Positions 1-13,044 of a stretch of 64,000 nucleotides of DNA are shown here, piece after piece (the first letter of the stretch is position 1; each line of letters begins with the position of its first letter). The translations under genes were made by a program, and so were the position numbers. The notes under the pieces are model-generated. The model was not told where the DNA came from and did not search any database. It worked only from the letters and a program-made list of their open reading frames with translations. The DNA comes from Scyliorhinus canicula (Eukaryota), in assembly GCF_902713615.1 (NCBI RefSeq), contig NW_024055462.1:562132-626131 (forward strand), written 5' to 3'.

Positions 1-312
1 CATCCTGTCCATGAGACCTGCCCAAACCCTCTCATTGCCCATCCTGTCCATGAGACCTGCTGCTATCAAACCCTCTCATTGCTGATCCTGTCCATGAGAC
101 CTGCCGCTATCAAACCCTCTCATTGCTCATCCTGTCCATGAGACCTGCCCAAACCCTCTCATTGTCCATCCTGTCCATGAGACCTGCTGCTATCAAACCC
201 TCTCATTGCTGATCCTGTCCATGAGACCTGCCGCTATCAAACCCTCTCATTGCCCATCCTGACCGTGGGACCTGCCCAAACCCTCTCATTGCTCATCCTG
301 TCCATGAGACCT
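1..312. repeat. Minisatellite, variable ~42-51 bp unit (CATCCTGTCCATGAGACCTGC[..]CAAACCCTCTCATTG), runs off the window edge
   Basis: About 7 visible copies of the motif. Confidence 0.9.
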
Positions 313-329
313 TCCGCTATTTCCCTTTG

Positions 330-1400
330 CCCTGATCACCTGACTCCCCACGTTATCTGATATTGTTAATGGTTCTGTCCCTCCCAGCGTTAAATTCATT
401 CGCATCATCCAACCTAAAAACAAAACCCTTGACCCCATCATCCTGGCAACCTACCGCTCCATCTCCAATCTCCCTTTCCTTTCCAAAGTCCGTGTACTCG
501 GTGTTCCCCAAGGATCTATCCTTGGCCCCTCCTATTTCCCATCTACACGCTGCCACTAGGTGACATCATCCCAAAGCACCGTGTTAGTTTTCACATGGAC
601 ACTGACAACACATCCAGCTTTACCTCACCCCCATCCCTCTCCATTCCTCCACTGTCACTAAATTATCAAACTGCTTATCCTACATCCAGTACTGGATGGG
701 CAGAAATTTCCTCCAATTAAATATCGGGAAGACCAAAGCCATTGTCTTCAGTCATCACTACAAATTCTGGTCCCTCACTCCCGAGTCCATCCCTCTCCCT
801 GGTCTGAGGCTGAACCACACTCGGCACAATCTCCGGGTCAGATCTGACCCCAAGATGAGTTTCTGACCCCATATCCACACCATCACTCATACCAGATATT
901 TCATTCTCCATAATGTCACCTGTCTCCCCCCCCCCCCCACCCCAGCTCATCTGCTGCTGAAACCCTCAGACTTGATGATTCCAATACATTCCTGTCCAGC
1001 CTCTCCCATTCACCACACACGAGTGAATCGTGAAACGTGAGATCATCCCAAACTCTGCTGACTGTGAGCTTTCTCACACCAAGTGCTGTTCACCCATTAC
1101 CCCTTTGCTCACTGACCTACATTGGCTCCTTTTGTAGCACAGCCTCGATTTTAAAATTCACATCCTCATCCTTATTTGCAAATCCCTTCATGGCCTCATC
1201 CCTCCCTATCTCTGTAATCTCCAGTTTCACAACCCTTTGAGATATCTGCACTCTGCTCACTCTGGCCTATTTAGCATTCCCCATTTAAATTACTCCACCA
1301 TCAGTGTCAGGGCCAAGGCAGGAAACTGTGAAATTCCCTCTCTAACCTCTCCGCCACTCCACTTCTCTCTCCTAATTAAATATTGATGTTAAAATCAGCC
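330..1400 (+). mobile_element. Degenerate L2/CR1-type LINE reverse-transcriptase fragments
   Basis: GGTGTTCCCCAAGGATCTATCCTTGGCCCC (GVPQGSILGP RT motif) at ~500-530; many frameshifts; a related minus-strand piece lies at ~15900-16140. Confidence 0.7.
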
Positions 1401-1435
1401 TCTCCAATTAAACTTTTAACCATCTGTTCAGATAT

Positions 1436-1757
1436 GGGCCTCACGGTAGCATGGTGGTTAGCATCAATGCTTCACAGCTCCAGGGTCCCAGGTTCGATTC
1501 CCGGCTGGGTCACTGTCTGTGTGGAGTCTGCACGTTCTCCCCGTGTGTGCGTGGGTTTCCTCCGGGTGCTCCGGTTTCCTCCCACAGTCCAAAGATGTGC
1601 AGGTTAGGTGGATTGGCCATGCTAAATTGCCCGTAGTGTAAGGTTAATGGGGGGATTGTTGGGTTACGGGTATGTGGGTTTAAGTAGGGTGATCATTGCT
1701 CGGCACAACATCGAGGGCCGAAGGGCCTGTTCTGTGCTGTACTGTTCTATGTTCTAT
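1436..1757 (+). mobile_element. tRNA-derived SINE family A (HE1-like), full length
   Basis: tRNA-like head with B-box GGTTCGATTCCC, conserved core, CR1-like 3' tail ending in (TTCTATG)n; near-identical copies recur across the window. Confidence 0.9.
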
Positions 1758-1954
1758 ATTCTCCATGTGACTCAGTGTCAATATTTTCTTTATGAAACCC
1801 CTCTGAAATACCTGGGGATGTTTTATTACAGTAATTGTGTTGTATAAATACCAGTTGTTACTGTTTCACTGCAGCCAGTTTGCGCACAGTAAAATTCCGC
1901 AAACAGCAATCAGATCAGTGACCCATTAATCCAGTTGTTCGGAAACAAAAAGTA

Positions 1955-2780
1955 ATTTTATGAGATATATATTTGTATTGGTAAATATTAGAAATAAGGT
2001 ATAATTTTAGGTGGGTTGAATTTCATGTTTCTGTGCCTGGAACGGACCTAAAGTTAAACTCATGCTGGAAAAGGGTGTTTGTGTGCATGGGGGTTGGTTA
2101 AGTTCCAATTATGTTTCTATTGTGAAAGAGAGAGCTACGGGGTGAAGAATAAATACAGTTGCTTAGCAACTAGAGGCCCTTGTAAGGAAAAAAAAGTTTT
2201 CCTTTGTTCTTTAGTTTCAGTTGAAAGGAACAACAGTTTGATAGGAAGATAGAGAGGGAACATCTCTCAGCTTTGCTGTCTTTCGTTGTCTGAAAGTCAC
2301 ACAATAGAGTAATGGTTAAGAAAGCCAGTGACAGAAATCTCAGGGACAGTTACTTAAGGAAACCAGAGAAATGAAAATGTATTTCCAGGGAGCCTGAAGT
2401 TATCGGAACTGTTGAAGAAAATAATAGTCAGCACTTCGAGTTTTTGCGAAAGGTCCTTTATTTAACACGAAGTTCGTGGGGAGATTAGATAGACCAAAGT
2501 CATTCCGAATGTCCCCCCTCTGCAGAGGTAAGGTAAGCAATTTATATGTTACAGTAAGGAATATCTCGGACAAAAATGCATTCTTTAGATAAGCAGAAAG
2601 ACAGAAAAAACGAGCAGGCCTTGAGTTCCTCACCTAAGAAAAATAATTGTCTTCTGTCAGCAAAACAGTGTGCAGCTAGGTGCTATTTACATTGTATGAC
2701 CTTCTGACTGTTTCATACAGAACCTCTTGACTAAAAAATAAGGCAAAAGATCCATCATGCTTTGCCAAGTGCCTATTTCC
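1955..2780. mobile_element. Possible solo-LTR-like interspersed repeat
   Basis: Non-coding block unlike its neighbours, with an internal AATAAA; no second copy in the window to confirm. Confidence 0.25.
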
Positions 2781-2781
2781 A

Positions 2782-2960
2782 GGGTTAGGTGGATTGGCCA
2801 TGCTAAATTGCCCGTAGTGTCCTAAAAAGTAAGGTTAAGGGGGGGGGTTGTTGGGTTACGGGTATAGGGTGGATACGTGGGTTTGAGTAGGGTGATCATG
2901 GCTCGGCACAACATCGAGGGCCGAAGGGCCTGTTCTGTGCTGTACTGTTCTATGTTCTAT
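2782..2960 (+). mobile_element. SINE family A, 3' half only
   Basis: Matches the 3' half of 1436-1757 and 10576-10920. Confidence 0.85.
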
Positions 2961-3681
2961 GGTATTGTCTGTTAAATGCTAGAATTCCACATAACTCCCT
3001 CCACAGCCCACTGCTCTATTCACCTTGTCACACTGCGGCAGTGTTCTTGTCTAAGGTTCCCTCTGGTTCCTGTCACTGAGTCTGACAGCCTGCAGCAATA
3101 CACCGAGCTGTCAGACAGCCGCACCTCACTGATTGTTCCTCACTCTTCCCCCACACATATCAAACTGTCGATTAATGCAGAAAATCGAGTCCCCACACCC
3201 TCTGCTCTGAAATTAGGGATGTAGAACAAGAAGTTGGGGGCTTTATCCTTGACCTAATGGTAAGCTATAAGGAATATAAGTTAGCTGTGGTCAAAAAGCT
3301 GTAATTACTGGTCACCGAATCTCCTTCATACTGTGTCATGTAACCGGCTCCTGTGAGACACAGGCATTAAAACTGATCTATTTTCATGTTCTGCTGTATC
3401 CGGACCATTGATTAACTGGAAATTTTTACTGAACCTTAGGGAAGTGTTCAGGTCACTCTCCCCCTCCCTGATGCCTCACAGTGTCAGCAGCTCAGACTCC
3501 AGCTCAATACCCCTGAGCCCAGGTTCTGCAAGTTGCAGACACTCCCGCAGATATGATTGTCGAGGATTGTAACGTTCTCCAAAACCTCCCAGATGCTGCA
3601 ATCCCGACACATCACCTGTCCTGTGATCAAAATCCAGCCCTAATAAAGGATGCGATTACCAACAACACCCAACTCCTGCAG

Positions 3682-4182
3682 TCACACATGAACCCGCTGG
3701 TGTCTCAGCAGGTTGGATGATCGATTGAATCCCTTCCCACACTCGGGGCAGGTGAACGGCTTCTCCCCACTGTGAATGTGTTGGTGTGTCTGGAGATTGG
3801 ATGACTGCGTGAATTGTTTCCCACACACGGAGCAGGTGAATATCCTTTCCCCAGTGTGAATTCGCTGGTGTTGAATAAGGTGAGACGATTGTCTGAATCT
3901 CTTCTCACAATGAGAGCAACTGAATGGTCTCTTGTCAGTGTGAACAAGCTGGTGTTTGATTAGATCTGGAGAGGTTTTAAAGCAATCCCCACAGTAAAAG
4001 CATTTAAAAGGTCTCTCATCACTGTGAACTCTCTGATGTGACCCCAGGCTGGATGACTTTGTGAATCTCTTCCCACACATGGTGAATGGTCTCTCCCCAG
4101 TATGGCTGCGCCGACGGCTCTCCAGCTGGGATGGGTAATTGAATCCTTTCCCACAGTCCCCACATTTCCAAGGTTTCTCCAT
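3682..4182 (-). CDS. C2H2 zinc-finger gene A (MEKPW type), 166 aa, 4 intact + 2 defective fingers
   Basis: ORF with CxxC...HxxxH repeats and TGE[RK]PF-like linkers; finger 1 has His>Arg, finger 2 lacks its first Cys; family splice acceptor TTTACAG|A at 4553. Confidence 0.7.
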   Translation of the reverse strand: MEKPWKCGDCGKGFNYPSQLESRRRSHTGERPFTMCGKRFTKSSSLGSHQRVHSDERPFKCFYCGDCFKTSPDLIKHQLVHTDKRPFSCSHCEKRFRQSSHLIQHQRIHTGERIFTCSVCGKQFTQSSNLQTHQHIHSGEKPFTCPECGKGFNRSSNLLRHQRVHV

Positions 4183-4994
4183 GGTGCCGGTGTCCTTGTG
4201 TCTCTCCAGGATGGATGGTCAGTTGCAATCTTGATCAGACATAGAACATGTGCACTGTCTCTCCTCACTGTGAATGTTGTTATGTTTCTTCAGGCTGTGT
4301 AATTGGTTAAAGCTCTTTCCACAGTCAGTTCATTGGAACACTCTCACTCGGGTGTGTGTTGTGTGGGTCTCGGTGCTTTTCCAGTCACACTGATATTTGA
4401 AATCTTTTCCCACAGACAGAACAGACAAACATTTCTCGTTCCACATTCAAAGGCCGATGATATTCAGGTCCTGATGAATCAAGTGACTGTGTCAGATCTT
4501 TACATGATATTCAGTTTGCGTTACTCATCTGCAAATCCTCGTCTTTTCATGCTCTGTAAAAGGAGATGACCAAAGTCATCACTGTAAGTAGAGGATAGAA
4601 ATGCAGAACAGTTAATTCTCATTTCTATGGAACATTTTTTTCCTCTTATTCCACGACAGCGACAGATCCCCGTCCCACACACTCTCTTTCCCCACTGGGC
4701 TGAAACCAAATAAATTGTTGGATATTGTTTTCTGTATCCTTTGTACAAATTTAGACAAATAGAGATAGAAACATGTTTGATAATTCATTTCATCCATGAA
4801 TCCTGATGAAACATTATACAATCAATCGAATATGTGTTCCCAGCGAGTTGGAAAACTCCACAAATAAGATATAGAACAAATAGAGGACAAGACAGCCCAA
4901 TGACCTACTTTATAAAACTCATAGACAGTATGTAAATGATTGAGAATTTAATGAACTCAAGCTCACAACATGTGATCTGTGGATTTAATACAAA

Positions 4995-6596
4995 AGTCAG
5001 ATTGCAAAGGTTTGGAGGGTTTGCAGTCGGGCAAGGCCCCGGGACTGGACGGATATCCTGTAGAATTTTATAGCAAATTCTCAGAACTGTTGAGCCCACT
5101 ATTGCTGAGAATCTTCAACGAGGCTAAGGAAAGGGGAACCCTTCCCCCGACGATGTTCCGGTCCTTGATCGCGCTCATCCTTAATCGAGATAAGGACCCG
5201 TTGCAGTGTGGCTCCTACAGGCCGATATCGCTCCTTAATGTAGACACCAAATTGTTGGCCAACCCTGGCCATTAGAATTGAGGACTGTGTCCCGGGGGTG
5301 ATTAATGAGGACCAGACGGGGTTTGTGATGGGCAGGCAGCTGAACACGAATGTGCGGAGGCTCTTGAACGTGATCATGATGCCCTCGGAAGGAGGGGATG
5401 CAGAAGTGGTGGCTGCAATGGATGCGGAAAAAGCTGTTGATCGGTGGAGTGGGAGTACCTGTGGGAAGTGTTTGGCAGATTTGGATTTGGTGAGGAATTC
5501 ATAGGGTGGGTCAGATTACTGTATCATGCCCCTGTAGCGAGTGTGTCCAGGAACTGGCTGCGGTTGGAATACTATAGGCTGCATCGTGGAACGAGGCGGG
5601 GTGCCCCCTGTCCCTCCTGCTGTTTGCCCTGGCAATCGAGCCATTGGCCATGACGCTGAGGATGTCTAGAAACTGGAGGGTGCTGGTTCGGGGAGGGGAG
5701 GAGCATCATGTTTCACTGTACCCGGATGAACTGCTCCTGTATATTTCAGATCCGGTGGAGGGGTGGGGGAGGTCATGCAGATACTAAAAGATTTCGGGGA
5801 TTTCTCGCGGTATAAATTAAATGTCGGGAAAAGCGAGCTTTTTGTGATCCATGCGACAGGCCAGGAAAAGAGACTGGGAGAGCTCCCGCTCAAGATAGTG
5901 GAGAGGAGCTTTCACTACTTGGGCATACAGATGGCTAAGAGTTGGGATGCCCTGCACAAGCTCAACCTAACGTGGCTTGTGGATCAGATGGAGGGGGGCT
6001 TTAAGAGGTGGGACATGTTGCCACTTTCCCTGGCAGGCAGGGTGCAGTCTATGAAGATGACGGTCCTCCCCAGGTTCTTGTTCGTCTTCCAGTGCCTTCC
6101 CATCCTCAAATCCTTCTTCAAGCGGGTGAACAGGATTATCACGGGATTGGTGTGGGGAAACAAAACCCCGCGAGTTAAAAGAATGTTCTTCGAGCACAGT
6201 CGGGGGGGCCGGGGGGGGGGGTCAAAAGAGGCTGGAATCCTGACCTTTGCCTCCTTGGTAGCCCGGAGAAGGCTGTTATTAATGTGGAGGGACGCGAAAC
6301 CCCCAAGTGTTGAGACTTGGGTTAGTGACATGGTGGGGTTTCTAGGTTTGGAGAGGATAACGTTTGCCTTGCGAGGGTCTCTGCAGGGTTTCTCCGGGCG
6401 GTGGCAACCGTTCCTTGACTTTCTCACGGAATGTTAGATGGAGGTCAGCAGCAGCAGAAAACCAGAGGGGGAGGTGGGGAACTGTATAGGTTGTGGATAG
6501 ATTTTTGTTAAGTTGTTCATTCTTTTTTTGTTTATTGTTGCCTTCTTTTAGTAGTGGCTTTGTTAAAATTCTGAATAAAAACAAGTTTTTAAAAAA
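4995..6596 (+). mobile_element. 5'-truncated, internally deleted L1/Tx1-clade LINE (ORF2 RT to 3' end)
   Basis: GKAPGLDGYPVEFY, YRPISLLNVDTKLLA, DQTGF, degenerate YxDD (LYPDEL), C-terminal ARRRLLLMWRD; AATAAA and A-tail at ~6573-6596; frameshifts. Confidence 0.9.
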
Positions 6597-7795
6597 TGCA
6601 CTTTGCAGAGAATCTTTAATTTATATTCTGCTGGTTAAGGAGTCCTGCTTTTTGTAACCTATTGTAATTATTTGTCTGATGAAATAATGTGCAATCCCAT
6701 CATTATTTTATACTTTTATTTAATGGCTATCTATAACTATGTGATTAATTCTAATTACTTGTTATATTTGTGTTGTCATCACAATTCAGACATTAACCTT
6801 TCTCTCTCCCTTGTTTTGATTTCTGGTTCTCTTCCTGTCCAATGTGACCCTGAGCTGATGTTTCACAGGGAGACATTTGTTAATAGTTTCCCAGAGATCA
6901 GAGTCCTCATTGATTTGAGTGCAAAGTGTAAGCTCTTATTTATTATCCCCCCTCCCCCATCCTGTGATGTGAACCACCCTCCAGTGTGTGAAGCAGGATG
7001 GTGCCCGTTAACCTGGGCCTGTTCCCGGGAGGGAGGAAGAAGCTCCGCAGCTGCAAACCAGGGAGTTGACAATGATTCTGATGAGTTTGTGGATCCACAA
7101 AGTGTTTCCAAATCCTCCCCATCCAGCCGCCAACTCCAGCACACCTTCGACCAGCTGCAAATTTGACAAATAAACACCTGTCCATGGTCATGACCGACAC
7201 AGCACATGCTTCAAAAACTGGGCGACATTGCACCTGTGCACTCGTCTCCTGTGGTGTAGATAGGGGACATCCACCATGTGGGGAATGCTGGGTAAAAACC
7301 CCACCATTGTGATTCACAATTCAGTTTCTTGTGATTACTCAGCAGTAAGGCAGTGGAGAGTGACCTTAGAACAAATCATTACAGTGAGGTATTTGACATG
7401 TAACAACCTACAAGGTTACAGACTAACAGCTAGAAAGTGGGGTTGGGCTGGTACCGATATGATGGGCCAACTGGTCTCCTTTGGTCCTAAAAATTAAAAT
7501 TTTCTGTTTCCATTGTCCAACAAATTGAAGACTGAAATAGACTGAATTTTGGTCTCTCAGAGAATCAAGGGTGCTGGTGAACAGACAGGAGGGAGGAATT
7601 GAGGTTCATTCAGCCATGATTGTATTGAATAACGGAGTAGGTGAGACAGGTTGTCTGGCCTGATCCTGCTCCTAACCCTTGTCTGCTTACAACAGCGCTG
7701 TCTGATTTCATCATCACCAATTTAGTTGCAAGAGTTACCAACAGCAACAGAAACAAACAAATGATGTGATTAACAGCAGAATCTAACCTCCACAG

Positions 7796-8422
7796 TCAGT
7801 TGTGAACTCGCTGGTGTGTCAGCAAGTGAGACGATCGAGCAAATCTCTTCTCACACACGGAGCAGGTGAACGGCCTCTCCCCAGTGTGAACTTGCTGGTG
7901 TCTCAGCAGGTTGGAAGACTGAGTAAAGCCCTTTCCGCACACAGAGCAGGTGAATATCTTCTCCCTTGTGTGAACCTGTTGGTGCCTCACCAGGTTGGAT
8001 GATGAAATGAATCCCTTCCCACACACAGAGCAGGTGTATGGCCTCTCCCCGCTGTGAACTCGCTGGTGTTGAATAAGGTGAGGCGACTGTCTGAATCTCT
8101 TCTCACACTGAGAACAACCGAATGGTCTCTCGTCCGTGTGAATAAACTGGTGTTTAATCAGATCCGGTGAGATTTTAAAGCATTTTTCACAATCAGAACA
8201 TTTAAAAGGTCTCTCATCAGTATGAACTCGCAGGTGTAACTGAAGGCTGGACATCAGAGTGAATCCATTCCCACACACGGGGCAGGTGAACGGTCTCTCC
8301 CCAGTGTGACTGCGTCGATGAGCTTCCAGCTGGGATGGGCAAAGGAACCCCTTCCCACAGTCCCCACATTTCCACGGTTTCTTTGTAGTGCGAATGAGTT
8401 TGTGTCTCGCCAGATTGGATGA
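7796..8422 (-). pseudogene. C2H2 zinc-finger gene B: 7 intact fingers in one open frame but family ATG lost (possible pseudogene or alternative start)
   Basis: Open frame from after TGA 8423-8425 to stop 7796; the MEKPW start reads ACA-AAG-AAA-CCG-TGG (8386-8372); acceptor TTATAG|G at 8732. Confidence 0.65.
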
Positions 8423-9479
8423 TCAGTTGAAGCCTCGTCCACACACAGAATATATGTACGGTTTATTCCCGCTGTGAATGGTGTGATTTTTGTTCAGGCT
8501 GTGTAACTGCTTAAAGGTCGACTGGAACACACTCACTCGGGTATGTGTATGTCTCGGTGCTTTTCCAGTCACACTGATGTCTGAAATCATTTCCTGCAGA
8601 CAAAACAGATAAATATTTCTGCTTTGACATTTAAAGCTTGATGATATTCAGCTCCGAGTGAATTAAGTGATGATCAGATCTTAATGTGATGCTTGGTTTG
8701 AGTTCCCCATCCACACGTTATCTCCTAATATCCTATAAACAGAGTTTACAAAAGTCATTGCTGTCAGTGCAGGATAGAAATTTACAACAGACAATTCTAG
8801 TTTCTATGCAACATTCATTCTTTTCTTGTTTTCTCAAACATGTTGTTCAATCAAAATAAAATAAAACCAAAATCAGAAACAAAGTCCCAACAAGAGCAAA
8901 AGAATCTTCCTGAATAAACCACAATGTTATTACCAATATCTATGAGACACTCTGCACTCCGAAGAACCCACTGATTGTGGAAGGTGTCAATTGTTCTGGT
9001 GGACACTGCATGCTCCCTCACCAGAACCACCCAGACACAGGCAGGCCCATGGAAGAGAGGCCAGCAGCCTCTTATGGGGGGCGGCAGTAAAGTGACCTTA
9101 TTCAATGGTGGAGCAGGCTCAATGGACTGATTTATATTTTATTCGTTCATACTTATTGCCCATCCCTTATTGCCCTGGATGAGGCAGTTAAGAGTCAGCT
9201 ACATTGCTGTGGCTCTGGAGGCCCAAGAGCAAGCCCAGGAGTAGATCCCCTGACTTACCCAGTCCCTCCACACCGGGCAGCCAAAGATTAGGAGCCCGGG
9301 CTAAAGTGTATCTAAAACTTGAGAAGTAGCTGCTGCAGGTAACTAACTATCGGGACTGCAACCTCCCACACTGAATGGAGACATGTCCCATGGAATTCTC
9401 TGTGCTGCAAGCAGCACCAGCAGCCTGATGTTCCGCCCGGAAACTAGGACCCGTTTGCAAACAGAGGCGCTGAAGCCCC

Positions 9480-9800
9480 GCCCACCATCTTTCCAATTCC
9501 CCAAAACACAGTCGCATGCGCATTCTGTCCCCGAAACAAGATGGCGGCCGTTAGTCTGGGTCTGTCTCCGGGGAAAAGACCCGAAGCTGTAAATGTAGGA
9601 GCCGCAGCTTCGGATTCGGGGCTTTATGCCTTCACCAGGTGTTTAGAAACCCCCCCCCCCCGTCAATTCGCCGTCTCCATCGCCCCCTCCGCGTTTCCGC
9701 ATCCTCACCGGTTTGGAGATCCGATAAACAATAGGCTTCCCTTCGCTATCACTGCGCATGCTCCAATACAGGGCGGTGCTGCGCCTGCGCACTGCTCTCC
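9480..9800. promoter_or_regulatory. CpG-rich housekeeping-type promoter (NRF1 + YY1 motifs)
   Basis: CGCATGCGCA 9513-9522, AAGATGGCGGC 9538-9548, TGCGCATGCT ~9752, GCGCCTGCGCA ~9781. Confidence 0.6.
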
Positions 9801-9934
9801 TGTGTTTTGGATAGAGGACATTCACGGGTAATCTTCCCGTAATAACAGCTACTAACCAAGCATTGGAATTGTTAATTATTTCGCTATGATTTGGCGGTTG
9901 CAGCGGAAATCAGTAATATTAGGAACCCAGGCGG

Positions 9935-10170
9935 CATGGAGCATAGTGCTTCGCATGGTAGCACTGCTGCCGCGCAGTGGCCACGACCTGGGTTTGATTC
10001 CAGGAGTTTGGTGACTTGTGGAGTTTGCACTTTCTCCCCGGGTCTGCATGGGTTTCCTCCGGGTGCTCTCCTTTCATTTCACAATCCAAGGATGTAGCGG
10101 TTAAGCGGGGATGGGGAGGTGGGCCTTGGTAGGGTGCTTTTCAGAGGACTGGTATCGACTCAATGGACAA
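9935..10170 (+). mobile_element. Older diverged SINE family A copy
   Basis: Recognisable head/core similarity to 1436-1757. Confidence 0.7.
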
Positions 10171-10575
10171 TCCAAATTTTACATTATTTACCCAGAGCTG
10201 TAAAGTGAAACATTGTCCACAATAGGTACAAAATGAGAGGATATGAAGCTCTGTATCTTCAACAAACACAGAAAGAGTGGAACAAATATCGTTTAAGGAC
10301 CCGGTCCACTTATCGATCATTGTCAGTGTTCATGGTCTCAGAAGAAAAAATAATATGAGGCTGTGTAAGTTATTTGGGAAATATAGTTAAACAAACACAA
10401 TTCAATTTATAAACTAAGGTATTAAATTTAAAATAAAAATAACGGTTTTTCAATTCATGCATTCATTTTCCGAACACCTTTAGGGAGTGGGACTGGATAA
10501 TGTTCACTCTTCTATATTATTCTATTCAGTAGGATTATGATATATGCCCTTCCCCTTCCATTCTGTGATATATAA

Positions 10576-10920
10576 GGCAGCACGGTAGCATGGTGGTTAG
10601 CATAAATGCTTCACAGCTCCAGGGTCCCAGGTTCGATTCCCGGCTGGGTCACTGTCTGTGCGGAGTCTGCACGTCCTCCCCGTGTGTGCGTGGGTTTCCT
10701 CCGGGTGCTCCGGTTTCCTCCCACAGTTCAAAGATGTGCGGGTTAGGTGGATTGGCCAGGCTAAAATTGCCCTTAGTGTCCTAAAAAAATAAGGTTAATG
10801 GGTGTTGTTGGGTTACAGGTATAGGGTGGATACGTGGGCTTGAGTAGGGTGATCATTGCTCGGCACAACATCGAGGGCCGAAGGGCCTGTTCTGTGCTGT
10901 ACTATTCTAATTCTAATTCT
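10576..10920 (+). mobile_element. SINE family A, young full-length copy
   Basis: Near-identical to 1436-1757. Confidence 0.9.
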
Positions 10921-10968
10921 AATAAATGGTGAATCATTCTATCCACATTGCTCCAAGCAGAAGGACAC

Positions 10969-11265
10969 GGGCAGCATGATGTAACAGTGATTAACACTTC
11001 GGCCTCACAGGAATCCAGGTTTGATTCTGACCATTGGTGACTGTCTGTGTGCAGTTTGCACATTCTCCCCATGTCTGGGTGGGTTTTCTCCGGGTGCTCC
11101 AGTTTCTCCCAACAGTCCAAAGATGTGCAGGTTAGGTGGATTGGTCATGCTAAAATTGCCCCTTGGTGTCCAAAGTTAGATTGGGAGTATGGACCGAGGT
11201 AGGGTGCTCTTTCAGAGGGACAGTGCAGACTGAATTGACCGAATGGCCTCCTTTTGCACTGTAAG
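10969..11265 (+). mobile_element. SINE family A, diverged copy
   Basis: Same head/core/tail layout, directly behind the 10576 copy. Confidence 0.8.
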
Positions 11266-11644
11266 AATTCTGTGTCTATCATTTCTATGTCCATGACAGT
11301 AAGGTACAGATGTGCAGTAGGAAGGAATCTGCTGGACATTGGCCAATCTCCACCTTCCAAACATGTGGGGTTTTTCATACTGCAAAACACCCAGCCAATT
11401 GTGAGGTTGCAGAGCAATTATGTATTTATTTTATAATTCTATAATCAATCTTTTCTATCACACTGGGGACACTCCCTTAACTTGACCCTTTATTAATAAT
11501 GTCACTGGTGCATGTGAAATTAGAATTATTGGATCAAATGCTACCAAGAACTCTTGTGTGCTTAACTAACCAGTAAACCTTTAATGTCTGTTTTCGCACA
11601 CCGGTATATCCACAGGAATGAATGTGTGTGAGAATTATCCATCC

Positions 11645-12270
11645 TGGGATTCTCAGTGTGAACAGGGTGGGATGTGTTTGGAGACAGGATGTCCCAGTTC
11701 CCCACCCTGGGGTTCTCAGTGTGAACAGGGGGGATATGTTTGGAGACAGGATGTCCCAGTTCCTCATCCCAGGATTCTCAGTGTGAACAGGGTGGGATGT
11801 GTTTGGAGACAAGATGTCCCAGTTCCCCACACTGGGATTCTCAGTGTGAACAGGGTGGGATGTGTTTGGAGACAGGATGTCCCAGTTCCTCATCCCGGGA
11901 TTCTCAGCGTGAACAGGGTGGGATGTGTTTGGAGACAGGATGTCCCAGTTCCTCATCCCGGGATTCTCAGCGTGAACGGGGTGGGATGTGTTTGGAGACA
12001 AGATGTCCCAGTTCCCCACACTGGGATTCTCAGTGTGAACAGGGTGGGATGTGTTTGGATACAGGATGTCCCAGTTCCCCACACTGGGATTCTCAGTGTG
12101 AACAGGGTGGGATGTGTTTGGAGACAGGATGTCCCAGATCCCCATCCCGGGATTCTCAGCGTGAACAGGGTGGGATGTGTTTGGAGACAGGATGTCCCAG
12201 ATCCCCATCCCGGGATTCTCAGCGTGAACAGGGTGGGATGTGTTTGGAGACAGGATGTTCCAGTTGCCTA
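11645..12270. repeat. Minisatellite, 63-bp unit x ~10
   Basis: RGGATTCTCAG recurs at 11771, 11834, 11897 (63-bp spacing); explains the 21-aa-periodic ORFs. Confidence 0.95.
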
Positions 12271-13044
12271 CACTGGGGCTCTCAAAACGGTGCTGTACGT
12301 ACTCTCTGGACCTGTTTGATGTGTCATGTAGTGGGAATTTTCCTTTGTACCTAGTCTGGGCTGTACTTGTCCTGTGGGTTTGTGACGGGATTTAGAGAAA
12401 ACTTTGTTCTGTACCTTAGAAAATGTAGAGGGAGACTTGCACTGTTCCTGACAAGTGTTGTACCTGCCCCAGTGACTTCCACTTCAGAACAGGTGCAATA
12501 AATTTACTCAGAAGGCAGAGACAAAATGAAATGAAAATCGCTTATTGTCACAAGTAGGCTTCAAGTGAAGTTACTGTGAAAAGCCCCTATTGGGCCACCT
12601 TCTTGAACCTCTTCAGTCCATATGGTGTAGGTCTACCCACAGTGCTGTTAGGAAGGATATTGCTGCAACAACAGTGAAGGAAAGGTGATATGTTTCCAAG
12701 TCAGTATGGGATGGCTTGGAGGGGAACTTCCAGGAGGTGATGTTCCCATGTATCTGCTGCCCTTGTCCTTCTCGGTGTAGTGGATGTGTGTGGGAAGAGA
12801 TTCACTCAGTAACTTATCTGCTTCGTGGGTGAGAACTTTGCTGATAATGGATCCACTGCTTTTCAGAAATCCGGGACTTCATTTCAAATTGTAACAGATT
12901 GTTTCCCCCTAACAGGTTCAATATACATTGTGGTTTTTGGGGAATTCTCTGCATCCAGACTCCATTAAACACACTCAGAAAGTAGGAAACAATGGGCTGT
13001 TGATTTAATGTTTATTCGTTAACGTTTTGTTCTCACTGGAACGT

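Noticed and set aside
1436-1510. SINE heads as tRNA genes
   Set aside because: They have A/B-box-like motifs but continue into the SINE core and lack a complete cloverleaf; only 36839-36911 is a true tRNA sequence.
6672-7317. Several 110-165 aa ORFs between the L1 fragment and ZNF B
   Set aside because: No recognisable domain, overlapping on both strands, no splice or promoter support.
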